63,943 bases of DNA, filler included, from Sphacelaria rigidula (GCA_964200075.2; 8 parts of 8 records of this genome joined end to end with filler, not necessarily neighbours in it); one strand, 5' to 3'. Positions 38,694 through 51,139 are shown, numbered from the whole stretch's first letter. Translations and numbers: made by a program. The notes: a model not told the origin generated them from the sequence alone.

Positions 38694-40028
38694 ACTTTCA
38701 AAAAACAGGTGGTAGAAATTTGGAACAGTATTTCGAAGGCCACTCACCGGCCCACGTTTGGTTTTTGTGTATTGAAATTTTATGTGGGCCCTCGCCAGGG
38801 CATAATTAACAAAACTCAATGGGTCAGTTTTTTTTATTCATTTTTTCACTGGTTGAGGGCCTTTTAGTATGGTAAAGACCATTTCTTCACGAGAACGCCC
38901 TGACCTCCATGAAAACAATATAAAAAATGAAGGCCCATTTTCATTTTTTATTCGGCACACTTTTGTGGTTCTCCATGCTAACTTTCAAATCACAATTCTA
39001 AGAATTGTGCTAAAACATTGAGATATTGCCAAAGAGCAATGTTCATTTCTCCTCAAAACTCCGCTAAAAACACGAAACAAAATGGTGAAAAATGAGAAAA
39101 GCCGTTTTTATTTCTTCTATTATGCACTAGCGGTTCACCACACGAAATTTTATGAACAACTCTCAAAAACTGAGACGCGATATCCAGATTTAGGGCATCT
39201 AGTGCCTCTGCTCGTAATAAATCGATTTTAGAATGGAAACTTATGTGCGCCATATCTCGGGATAGATGACGAATTAGGTGAAGGTGAGCGTACCTATCGT
39301 CTCCCTTTGCTCCAGAGAATGTCCACACAAAAATTCGTCATCATCCGCTGAATGCATCGATCGGGGGTTTCATATAGATTTTGGTATGGACGTCATCTCC
39401 GTTAGGTATAGGAATTAACAGACATGGGGTTTTATCAACGACAAAATATGGGCCCAACCTTTTAAGCAGATGAGTACCTTCCCCTTGGTTAGAAGATTAA
39501 TACGATATGCGGATCACAGCCCAACTCGTCTGTGTCGACGAGATATCGCTTTTAGAGCTTAGATTTGTTTTTAGGTTGGCCCAGCTCGTATAAATCGACA
39601 CAAAAGAGGTACTCTCTGTGAGAAGAGATACGAATGAAACGGTCTTACATGGCTCGTTGTTTCGTGAAACCGTAATTGATTGTACCGCTATCTTTTGTTG
39701 CAACGACCTCATTCAAGCGCAATGAGTATAGACTGCATCGTCTAGATTTTTGCAACAAGTTGGACGCCCGTGAGGCAGTGTAAAACCTGTGGCTGTCTCT
39801 CGAGGTGGCGATACCACAAAACAAAGCAACTGATTGTTGGCTGTCATCCAAATGCAAGATTATCAGTGGCTTCGGGCCGAACACTCTTAGCAGGACGCAG
39901 CTCACCCTTCATGCGACTCGCCGAGCACNNNNNNNNNNNNNNNNNNNNNNNNNNNNNNNNNNNNNNNNNNNNTTAATTAATTAANNNNNNNNNNNNNNNN
40001 NNNNNNNNNNNNNNNNNNNNNNNNNNNN

Positions 40029-40681
40029 ATGTTCCACTCCCTCGTGCCGTCGTCTTCCCAGGCAATGTCGCTGTAGCTGGGGAACTTACAGGGCGCGGCA
40101 GGAGGCATGGCTAGCGAACAAACTTCGTTGAGCGTTTCAAGGGCCGAGATGTTCGATTTAGCATGTCGGGGGCTATGATTGGTAAAAGACGGGATCCATG
40201 GTGCAGACGGGGTAGGGTGGAACCCTCCTGTGGCTTTGAACTCGAGAGTGCTACGGTTTGCCCTGAAAAACTCTGCCCCCAGAATGAACCCGTAAGGTAG
40301 GTCCTCTACCACCCTGACTGTTACTTCACGAACGCGAGTATCCTTGGTGAACAAGATAGGTATCACGACTGATCCAACTATAGACATCGGAGGTACCTTG
40401 CTCCGTGAGGGGTTGGCAGCGCGAAGGGCGCCAGCATTGTTTGTGTCCAGCTTGGCATGTATTACTTCTGCTTTCATGAGGCAACGCCATAAAAACCCAG
40501 ACATATAATTGCCCCCACCTGCCCCGGTGTCCAACAGTACCTCGAGTGGCCACGACTTCCGAGCCCGGTTTCGGCGCCAGATCTCTCCCGCCACCCACAG
40601 TTGGTTACCGAGACGGCCCGCGATGGCTGCCAAGTCCTCCTCCAGCAAGTTCAACAGGTTGAGAATACCTGGGGCGTCCCC
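40029..40681 (-). CDS. Retroviral-type aspartic protease (start of pol), partial
   Basis: Open frame ...WPLEVLLDTGAGGGNYMS...VVEDLPYGFILGAEFFRANRSTLEF: D-T-G catalytic motif plus the ILG-x-E/D-F motif. Confidence 0.85.
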
Positions 40682-42621
40682 TCATTTTTCGCTGTTGCTT
40701 TCGGAAGACGTCCCTTCTTCTTGGTCTTCCTGTTCACCATCGCTACCCTCGTTGATCAGGCCCATGTCGATCGCCGCTAGGTATTGGGATCCCGTAAGAG
40801 CTGCGAGGCGCTTTCGGGGGACAGCGGCTCTTCGGCGGGCCCGGACGTTCCTGTAGTGAGCAGGCGAGATAATGCCGTGCGTGTACGGACAGGGAGTGCC
40901 GTCACGGCGGCGGCAGGTACCTGTGAAAGCGTGGCCGAAGCAGATCTTGTTCCTGCGGAGGTAATCGATGACCTCGTCTTGATCGCCAGTCGGGGAGGGG
41001 GCGGCTTGCTCGTCTCGGGTGTTCCCAGCCGAGGATGAACTTGAAGGCGGGGGTGGTGCAGCATGCGACGAAGACACTTCTTTCCCGGCCACTGCCCAAC
41101 CTTGATTCTGCACTTCTCTAGCCGACCGTTGCTTCTGCTCCACGAAAGGTACACCGTGCTGTCCTGGGATGGCCCCTGGTGTGTTGTTGAATGCTGCCGC
41201 CAGGGCCGGTGTCTGCTGCTGAGCGCGCTTGCTCGATGCGGTTGCGGTTGCGCGTACTCTTCCTGTGGTAAGATTCTGGGAGCGGACGCAGGGTCCGCGG
41301 CAAGACGGGGCATCAATCCTTCATTTCCACCACGGAGCACAGCGAATTGCGCGGGGGACATTTTTGTTGAATATCTTCTAGAGAGAAAAGGCGATCTGGC
41401 CCTACCGTGCGACTTATTTTTTTTCTGGACGGGCTTCCTGTAATGTGACGAGGGGCGCGCAGTGAGAACTTTGATAAACTCTTCGTACAATCCTTTTGCC
41501 ACTTCACCACGGCGGCGCATAGGTCCCCCCAGGGGGTTTTGCAGCTCCTCTGCCATGTTGGCGAGTTTGGTGTCTGCTACGCTCATTTTCTCGTGGAGCA
41601 TTGATTGCATGCCCTCCCTGCGCGCTTCATCGGGCAAGACGGCTCGGACGATGCATTCATATAGTTCGTTCAGTTGCTCTTTCGTGATGAAAGTCCAAAA
41701 AAAGTCAATTTCAGTGGCGTGCGGACGGCTTGCGCAAGCTAGGGTGGCTTAATAAGCCAACAAAACTCGCTCAGCCACATGCTCCCAAGATTCACCGTTT
41801 TTCAGGGTAATCTCCTTCAACGCCTCTCGTGCATTTTCGGCGGAGTTACTGTTAAGAGCTTGTTCACGCATCAACAGACGCAACCAATCGGTAGCCGTTA
41901 CCTGCTCATGGCGGACAATTTCCGATCCGCTTGAGATTCGGTACATCCGAACGTCGGTGCCCGATAGCAGAGCTGTGGCAGTAGTGCTACCCTTTGCAAG
42001 CAAGTCTAAGAGTAAGTCACGGCGGCGGGGCGAGTACTTGTCGACTTTAGTGCCCCACCTTCCTCCACCCAGCGGTACATCTTCAAGGAGCTTCAGCGCG
42101 GCACGTTCCACATGACGCAACGTGCTCCAAATCTTTTCTTGAAGAAGTACTGCACTGTTCGCTATGGTTAGCTTACCTGGGAATGTGCCCGTGTACACTG
42201 GTATCCTTGAGGTGTTTGCAATGCGACTCAGCACCCGTTTGTTCACCGTAGCCAGTTGATTGGCTTCGGCCCCTTCCACCCCTTCCTCCTTGTTAACGCT
42301 TCCCTCCGTCTCGTGTCTGTCGCTGGATGATCGATTGTTACGGTTCGTTCTGGGACGGCTCGTGGAGCGGTAAGTCACGCGGGACAAGTTGCGGCGAGGA
42401 AAGGTAGAACGAGAGCGCGAGGGGTGGAGGGAGCTACGGGGAGGACTACGGGAGTCTCGTGAATCGGAACGGCTACGACGACGGCGATGAAAGCGAGAGC
42501 GGGAGCGAGAGTCCCGGGAATCGGAACGGTTGCGGCGTGCCGAGGAGAACCTGGAGTCTAAGCGGCGTCTATCGTTCTTCCTTCCCCGTCCCTCACCACG
42601 TTCAGCGCCCCTGCCAGACAT
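40029..42621 (-). mobile_element. Ty3/Gypsy-like LTR retrotransposon, gag-protease region (truncated by contig end, mildly decayed)
   Basis: ORF from ATG 42621 with one in-frame TAA (41749-41751) and one frameshift (between ~41320 and ~41140). A zinc finger follows, then TGA at 40682-40684 in frame with a retropepsin-like protease (VLLDTGAGGG at ~40523-40531; FILGAEFF). RT/INT are not on the contig, so the superfamily is inferred. Confidence 0.8.
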
Positions 42622-43519
42622 AAATATATTTTCACGTGTGATATGCTTTACTTATCAACTAGTACAGCATGAAACAGTACAGCACGAAACATCGGCGGGG
42701 CGCGTGTGTTTCGTCAATTCCACAATGAGATGTGATCCAAGAAAACAGAGATGCGCAGCGACGCAGTTTTTGTTTACCCCGTATCAGTATGAGGCAAGGA
42801 AACAAAAACCGATAACAACGACCGATAGAGGGAAAAGGACGCCGACAGGAAAGAAGGGGGGAGAACGAAGGCATCACGTGGATTAGTACATGTTTTCAAT
42901 GACAGTCAGCGTGGTTAGCGTTCAAGGACTGATGATCTTTTGCAAGGACTCACTATCTTGTTATGATGCTTTTCCAAGTTAAAAATGCTCAGTCGAGGAG
43001 GATTGGTCCTCAAAAGGTTGGTCATCAAAGGATTGTCGTTAATCGACGCAACCGCAGTAATGAACAGTACGGGCATCAGCGGGTTCAAAACGAATTTCTA
43101 AATTCTCGGCCAACTCGTACACACAATTAGTAACACGTGAGATCCCGACCAAAAGGGATGATGGTGACGCGATGCAGGGAAAGCCACTTAAGTGTGCGGG
43201 TAGGCCACAGCGGCTAACAACGTCTCATCACCACGAAGAGGTGCATTTCAGGGGAACAATTGCGCCTCTTTTGGGAACAGTTACGTGGGGACCTCGGTTG
43301 AAACAATTGAGGCACATATGGTTATGACAGTCGTTTATCGGTAAAAGCTCATGCGGTCAAAGTGGGGCACAGTACAAGCAGCAGAGTAGGAAACTACGCG
43401 TGACTTCCAACATGGAGGTGTAAGAGGCATTTCGCGCACATGAGGGCTCAACAGGTAGTGCGATAGCCAGCAGGGTACAACTACCCATGGACGGTAAAAG
43501 CAAAAATCGCAACGCCTCA

Positions 43520-43920
43520 GGCGAGACAGTAACCGCAGAGCAGCAAAACAAAATCGGAACAGTAGCCGCAGAGCAGCAGAACAAAATTGCATTATTCTTC
43601 AGGCGGAACAGTAACCCCAGGTGACTGACAGCACAGCGGAAACAGCCGCAGCAACTGCAACATGAAAGTTAATAGTAGCAACAAAAGCGACAGCAACACA
43701 GCAAAGCAGCAGCGATCGCAGCGGCCGTAACAACAGCAGACGATCACAGGCAGAAGCAACGCTACCACCACCACCACCAACAACAACAACAGCCGATAAT
43801 AAGAGCGAAAGACGGTAGCAGCAGCACAATAACAGAGACAAAGGACAACAACGAGAACCGCAGCAAACAGACAACGAACAGCCACAACAACGGATAACAA
43901 CAATGCGGCTGCACAGCTTC
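43520..43920. repeat. CAG/CAA-rich low-complexity tract upstream of gag (probably 5' UTR/LTR of the element)
   Basis: Degenerate (CAG/CAA/CAC)n triplets; element membership is inferred from position only. Confidence 0.55.
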
Positions 43921-44249
43921 CGCAGCTATCTGGAACTTGATGTCCAAAAACACCCCGACGTAGTTGTAGGCCCTCTGGTTCGTTGAACCCGTGAAATCTC
44001 GTTCGACCTTTATGCCTTTTATCAATTGTTTTGGCTAGGTTATTTCACTTTTGCTTTGGACATCTGCAGTGGCGTGCTGATGAACCATCCTGGATGAACT
44101 CGTGCATAAAGCCGTTGGTAGCGCTCTGCTCGGGTTGTATGTAACGCAGTGCAATGCGGCGGAAAACAACGCAGTACCACGCACAGACAGGACGACAAAA
44201 CCTACCTAGTCCATGCCTACTCTTTACTGTTCCGCGTAATTGTGATTGA

Positions 44250-45400
44250 GGTAATCCGAAAAGAGACTACAAGCATATCCTGGTGCAGTTGGGTTTGCTA
44301 TTGAAAACAATGAGGGCACGCAACTGTGAAGCAGCGTGGTTGTGTTGTTTCGTACTCGTGGAAAGAAGGGCTTATGTTGCAGTGTGAATTTTCTCACATT
44401 TGTGCAAGGCACACTATTTACCATATATAAGTCTAGTGACGCGACAAAATGATACCTCAAGCCTCCCCACAAAAAAACATTTTTACGGAGGCACATGCTA
44501 CGTCTTTGGGGATCATGCCGGAGTTGACTCTACACAAGCACGGATGGACACCATGTCATGGCTCGATACTCACCACCTAGGTGGGAAGGTGCCAGTTCAG
44601 TCGGCACCGGGGGCTAGTGAGCTCACACACCATCGTCAGTATCGAAGCCATTGAGCTCGATTTACCATGTGGGGAGTCAACCCACACACCAATGACCAGG
44701 CGCCATGCCCATGGTTCACGCCGGAGACAAGACTCATATGTTGCGTGCAATGCGTGCTTACATTGCGTGAAGACCAAAGACTCCTCGGAAACAGCAGTCA
44801 GTGATAGTGTTGATGCTTCTTGTAATATTGGCAACCGGCTGGTAGCTGCTAATCGCGCGTTTAGGGTAATACTGTCGAAATCAATCAGACTCAGAATGGC
44901 CCATGACCTGTCGGGCTAGACAACGCAAGAGTATGACACATGGAATCTACTCGACTGGACAAAAACCGATAAATCCGGAACAGATGTCCCCGTCGGGCAA
45001 CTGCCGCTGACGCAAGTACGGTGCTGGACGTTGCGTACACGCAAATGTTCAAAGTGAAGAGCAGGGAAACTTGAGCAATGAGGTACTTGCTTGCTTTGCC
45101 GAAGCGAGCGTGAGCTGCGGCATCTCCTGTAACGTCTACAGCTCGTGAAGTGGTGGGTATATCTAAGGGCATAGCTGATCGAAAGCAAGCATGCTACAAA
45201 CAAACCTCTTTCAGACTACTCTTCGAGTTTTTGAGCGCCTCTTGTTCAGTATCTGAGAGAGACTTTATATTTATACTGTTGCCGCCGACGATGACCGCCG
45301 TCAGCGAGGCGATCCAACATGGCGACAGACGCCAGTAATCTTTGAAACGCAGCATCATTCAGTAGTCTGTATCACCAGAGTACAGCATCTTGACGCACGT
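44250..45400 (-). mobile_element. Degenerate Ty1/Copia integrase-end/RT relic
   Basis: HFEHLRV (LxHLRVFG-like), TAVSEE..., VIGVWV (IGxKWV-like) and KNVFLWGGL..LYM (xAFLxGxL..YM-like) in the expected order. Confidence 0.45.
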
Positions 45401-46313
45401 AGTTGCTCGTGGAGGTGTGCGGGAGAGACACGGCTCCATCTATTGCACACAGTAGCAGCTCCCACCAGGTTGGTGAGCCGGTTTCTCGGAGACTCTCCTA
45501 CTTAATCTAGTGCAGTATGCTGAGGGTCATTGAACGGTTTTTCGAAATGTATCTCTCCTTTCTCGCGCAAAGGGGGTCTGAACTAGCCAGGGATAGTGCT
45601 GGCACGGTCTTCCTCAGGTATGACGAGAAGCAAAATTCCAATATGATCGACTAATATATATTGAAAGAATATCATTGTATTGTCCAGGGTGTGGATTATT
45701 AGGATGTATTGTAAGCTGTGCGAATGGCAACCAGATTCGTCTGCGTTGATAAGATATGGCCGTGAGAGCTTGAATACGGTCTTAGGCTTGCCCGGCTCGT
45801 GCATTGTGAGTGCAGCCTACGATTCTTGTATGCAGCTTGTTGATTATTCAAAACTGGTCCGTCCCCGCACAGGGGCGGTACTGTCACATGTACTGACGTA
45901 ACCGCCCAATGCCCGTAACAATACCGCGCACGGAACTGGCATGCACGGTTGTTTGGGCAGATACAACTCGACATGATCGCACGGCTAAAAAAACACAGGC
46001 AGGCATGAAGTCTGCATCGTCGATTTTCATATCTCGCACTGTGCAGTAGCAGAGTTGTGTGTGTGTTGCCATCCCATCAATTCTGGACGGCAGTCCACAC
46101 CTTGCGGTACACACGCGGCCATTCGGCTACCTTGTGAGGATTTTCCAAACGTCACCCTCAGTTCCGTCTGTTCTGAAATTCCCACTAGAGGATCTTGGGT
46201 TTTCGCAATCCTCGAGATAATGTTTTATTTTGGGGCCCTCGTAGGTCTGTGTCAATATTTAAATCCCCTGGATTGTTTTTTAAGGCACAAGTGTTACGGA
46301 AATCTGGATTTTG

Positions 46314-46410
46314 GACGGCCTCCGCTGTTCGAAGTAAATCCTTTACAGCATGCCCAATTCCAAATTTGGAATCGGGCATAGAGGATTTATTTCGAACAGC
46401 AGAGGCTGTA
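46314..46410. repeat. Imperfect palindrome centred on CCAAATTTGG
   Basis: GCCTCCGCTGTTCGAAGTAAATCCT..ATGCCCAATTCCAAA / TTTGGAATCGGGCAT..AGGATTTATTTCGAACAGCAGAGGC. Confidence 0.75.
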
Positions 46411-48584
46411 CAACTCCCGTATACACTTACAGATAGATAGGATTTGTACACCAGAAGCTATCGAAATAAATCCCCAATTTGCCCGCCAATACCTGGAATT
46501 GGGCAAAGCAAAAACCTATTTGCGAGAAGCTCCTGACTATTCAAGTCCCACATACCGCACCGTATTAGCGGATGATATTTGAGAGGCAGCATAACTTCTT
46601 GAGAATTCATTCTCATGCCTGCCAATTCACATATCAATTGGGCAATGGGATAGAACTCTTCAACAGCCTCGGCTGTAGACAAATCCCACTCACTGATAGC
46701 GAGTGTATGTCCAGACGGCTGTGCTGCAAAGCATCAAGCTCTAGCTGTACCTCTGGTGATGGTCGAATACGGGTGTGCACCTCACTAATGTATGCGTATG
46801 GCCGATGAAAACCCCGAAGCCCAATGTATACCGAAACAGCACACGAAATAATTTTTAGATTAAAAACGCGGAAAAATCTCATCGCGGTTTATATTGCACT
46901 TTGATGGAGATATATAGTTACAACAAAAAACTGGATTGGAGTGTACAATACCATGCAGGACAGTGCCATAACGTGCAAATTGGTGCGGTGCCATATACTG
47001 CAGAGTTAGCGCGGCGTATGAGCTACATATGGCCATACAATGTGGGATAGCTGCAGCTTATTTTGATATATGAGAGTGTTATGCTTCGCATACCGTCAGG
47101 AACTGCAGTTTCCACATACGCGTTCTTGCAGCACATGCGCACGGCTGCAGCACAGTAAGCAGAGCGTGGAAGGGAAGCGGGAAGAGTACAGTACAGACAG
47201 CGTAGGACTATGTCTGTTCTCTACCTACAGTGCGACGTGAAAATGACTTAAACAACGTGCAGCTTTGTTCGGCTTGCACTGTCCATGATGAGTGCGTATG
47301 CAATAAGCCAGATATTCCCCACCCTATACCCCGCGTGATTCTGTCGCCGCGCGATGCCGCGACGATGAAAGAAGATGCTCAAGTTTCCACTAACAAGAAA
47401 GACATCATACTCAACCACGGCAGTGTGTGTCTATATCCCGGTGCCCACCTCGTGCTCTTTGCTGCAGGGTTGTGGTGGTAGCCGGGAACAAATGTTGTGG
47501 GTTTGTACGGTTCGATCTGTGAACGGCGGGTGATATATATCTTCGGGTGATGGTCTATACTATATAAGACTGCCGGGGTCCCAAAGGTGCCCTGGATGCA
47601 GTCAGGACACAAATGTCGTCCAGAGGTTTAATGTAGTGCAAACTCCAGGGAGATAAATTTACACCCTGGAGAGTATTGTTTCCTTCAATTTTCCAGAGGC
47701 ACCCGCACAAAAATATGTGCTGAAGGGAATCATGTGCCCTCCAGAGGATTTGTTTCATGACTGCATCTGGGGATAAAATACCCTCTAGACAGGGGGCAGC
47801 GAAAAACCAAATCAGGACACGTAGGCCTCAGGATGAAAAAGTTCGAGTTTTTGAGAGGGAACGGGGGGGAGGGGGGCGTAGTTATTTATTGCTTGCCTTT
47901 GTCCTTAGACCAAAGAGGGAGGGGGGGGGGGGGNNNNNNNNNNNNNNNNNNNNNNNNNNNNNNNNNNNNNNNNNNNNTTAATTAATTAANNNNNNNNNNN
48001 NNNNNNNNNNNNNNNNNNNNNNNNNNNNNNNNNCAAGCATGGGAATTCCCAGCTTCTCGTTGTGCTCGGTCTTTCCCAGTTCGATTTACGCAACGATTTT
48101 GCCTCCCAAAACCATGCACTTTTGGGGGGGGGGTTATCGTAGAAAGTGTCTAGATACTTTCACACAGACGTAACGTCATTTTTTCTGGCACAAACACTAC
48201 TGAGACTTCACCAATCCCTCCCCCAGGAGACTTGTGATTTGAATACCGTTTCGTCTCATTGCTCTTGTGCTCGAGCCTCATCCTGTAAAAAGGGAGTACA
48301 AAGTAGTGTGCGTTCACTCGCAAGTCGCTTTGGAGTTCTGCTATCGAAATAAACCCCCATCACTACAAAAAGGTACCTCAAAACCCAGACATACAAAGAG
48401 GCTATGATTATATTTCAAGACGGCTACTTGGAACTGGCGGGGGAAAGCAAAAGTGATAGTAACAGACAGACGGAGGAAAACCAACGGCGCAGAGGGTTTG
48501 GTTTCCATTCCCTCCTCCACATATAAATTTTGAATTATTGCTCAATACATTCCGTGCCACCTACATACGATGAAGTAAAACTGA

Positions 48585-48728
48585 CTACTCTTGCCACTTG
48601 ACGGTCCCCGCTAGTAGGAATCTACTCGGCAGCGACCCCGGGCAGGGACTGAGCACGGCCAACCGTCGCTTGTCCATGTCCACCTCCGTCACGTACACAA
48701 ACCCAGCTGTGTTCGAATTCAAGAGCTC
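48585..48728 (-). CDS. CLP1: Clp1, last exon
   Basis: AAG acceptor; ELLNSNTAGFVYVTEVDMDKRRLAVLSPCPGSLPSRFLLAGTVKWQE-TAG matches the Clp1 C-terminus 'NxAGFxxVTxVD...VLSP..LP..LL'. Confidence 0.92.
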   Translation of the reverse strand, partial: ELLNSNTAGFVYVTEVDMDKRRLAVLSPCPGSLPSRFLLAGTVKWQE

Positions 48729-49446
48729 CTTCACATTTTTTTTCCGGGCACGGAGAAAGGAAGAGAACACGGGGCAGGAGTGGGTGCACAGGTGGGTGAT
48801 AAAAGCGATGATGCACTGAAAAAACTCAAACGATCCATCGGGTGATGGTGCTATGGTTGTCACGATATTTCGGGCAACGTTTTTCAAGCACACGGGTATA
48901 AATAACATCCTGAGGGTCATGCAGGGTGTAGAAAGCACCGACAGAAACAAATGACTGCTTTTGCACACGGTAAACGAGATAAACGGTCACGCTACTACAA
49001 CGGTCACGATGTGGATTTTATTTTATGGGCGTGGCTGCTCCATGCCTCCGGTTGAAAAAAAAAAAGGGAAGATACACTAGCATAGTGTAGCATTTCGGTT
49101 TCGGTTTTGATCGGGAAACGTTATTTTTCGTATCTTGGAGGGTCGGGGCCTCTGTTTTCAGTTTTCATGTTGCCGAGTACTGTAGTCTCGTTCTTATTCC
49201 ACTGTTAAAAACGTCCGTCATGTAATTATTATACATTTGATGGCAGATGTCAAAATATAAGTTGTCACCGATGTTTTATTTTACACGAAAACATGCAGAT
49301 AGTTCAATAGTTCAGTGCACAGCGTGTGGACAGTCCTACGTAAAACTCAAAACTGTTTTTCTCGCACAAGCTCTACTGTGATTTGGATTTGGATTCGTTT
49401 CATTGCTGTCGTGCTCAACCCATATCCTGTAAGGGTCGTTTTTCAC

Positions 49447-49584
49447 CTGCGCCGCTTCTGCCGAGTCCGCGTCCCCTTCCAGCCCCGTTGCCCCGCCGAG
49501 CATTGTACCGTCTTGTCGAAGTACGGGGTGACACACCGCCAGAACCGTATGCAGGAGATCGGAAGACGGATACACAGGATTCAC
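49447..49584 (-). CDS. CLP1: Clp1, penultimate exon
   Basis: TAG acceptor; VNPVYPSSDLLHTVLAVCHPVLRQDG...AEAAQ (Clp1 C-terminal 'LLHxVLAV'); GTGAAA donor; phase 0/0. Confidence 0.88.
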
Positions 49585-50049
49585 CTACCGCGGCAACGGA
49601 TAGGGATTCGACGCGGGACGCAACGGGCGGGCGGGGGGCGAGAAAGGCAAATCAAACTAGATCGCGGCTATGCGTACCCCTCGCGAGACATTTGGGGCCT
49701 TGGTTCTCTCTGCAAACCGCGCTAATTCTCGCAATTTGCATACAAATGGTGCAGGCTTTTAGGTTCCAAGATTTTTAGATCCAGATAGCTCTATCAAGAA
49801 ATGCTTCGCGTACTACGGCTGTTCAACGTCCAAATTGGCTGCTGGCAGTAGAGATTTTGTGCATGATGGCTATTATGACGCATCATTCCCGGTGTCTAGA
49901 CGCTGGATATCAGGGTGTGGGGAGTAATATTCCAAGATTGAGGGTACGTACGCATGTATATATATCTATCTATCTATCTATCTATCTACGCATGTATATA
50001 TGGATGGATGGATGGATAGATGGATGGAGGTATGGAGGTTTGTATTTTT

Positions 50050-50542
50050 ATTTGTCGCACTTTGAAGCCCTCCCCTTCCTCGGGACGAGTCCGTGGTCTC
50101 AAGGGATCAACCCACCTCTCCCCGGTACACGCCTTGCATTTTGGTCTCGCGGGTTGGGTTATGACTATCAGCACTCCCGCACCGCGTCAACTCACGTCAA
50201 ACAAACTCAGTCAACTACTTTGTCTACTCACGTTCTCACGATTTCCACGGTGGAAATCATACATGAAGAAAAAACCAACGCATCGGGAACCGAACTCTCG
50301 TTCTCTCCAATCTAGTGGCGACAGTCGGAGGCTCTCCACGGTGGAAATCAGATATTACCAAGAAAAAACCCTACGCATCGGGAATCAAACCCTCCTTCTC
50401 TCCACCCTAATGGCGACAGTCGGACGCTCTCCAGGGTGGAAATAAGACATTAAGAAAAAAAAAAACGCATCGGGAATCGAAAGCTCGTTCTCTCGGCCCT
50501 AATGGCGACAGTCGGACTATTTCACCACCGGGGCGCGGCGGC
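50050..50542 (-). mobile_element. tRNA-derived SINE with tandemly triplicated ~92-bp 5' unit, in CLP1 intron
   Basis: Head GCCGCCGCGCCCCGGTGGT.. and B-box-like TTCGATTCCCGA, repeated three times (50242-50520); body ends next to (ATCC)n/(ATAG)n microsatellites at ~49965-50030. Confidence 0.6.
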
Positions 50543-50561
50543 TTTTTGGCATGCATATATG

Positions 50562-50592
<31 letters not shown>

Positions 50593-51139
50593 ATGCATAC
50601 ATGCATACATGCATATATGCATGTGTGTATTATGTATGTACACAGTGGTATCCCCTTGAGCGCTTTATATGCAAGCAACTCGATCAATCAGATCTCGAAG
50701 CGCCACAATCCTGCGTCCATGACTAATTGAGGTATGAGTGTACCGAAAGTGTGCCCTGCGCAAAATGCTTGGACACTTCCCTTCAACAGAGTGATGTGAT
50801 GGGTGAGAAACGAGCATGTATGTCTGCTGTTCCCCCCCCTGCATTTGGGGGGAAATGTGAAAAGGGGGGGCACTACTGTGCTATGCTGACTGTCCAACAA
50901 AGCTCATGCAGCAACATTCGTTTTTTGCAACCGACACCGCGGGAGCACCAAGCCACGTTCTAGTATCAGGCAACGGAAAGGAGATCACTCATAGTACACT
51001 TCTACTGCGAGTGAAGAGAAGGAAGAGCTCACCACTCATCGTTTGAGAGTCATACCGAAGGCTGAAGTCACATGACTGTCTCAAACTGTAAACCGCGTGC
51101 CCTCACATAGCATCTGATACAACACACAGCGTACAGCAC

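Noticed and set aside
43139..43152. TGGTCGGGATC as primer-binding site of the gag element
   Set aside because: No adjacent ...CA LTR end, no second LTR on the contig, and no cytosolic tRNA match I can confirm
44077..44110. CTGATGA as a hammerhead ribozyme core (also 26714, 42929)
   Set aside because: No stem II followed by GAAA and no compatible stems I/III
50242..50520. CRISPR-like repeat array
   Set aside because: Units are similar along their whole length with no unique spacers, the context is eukaryotic and there are no cas genes; it is a SINE-derived tandem repeat
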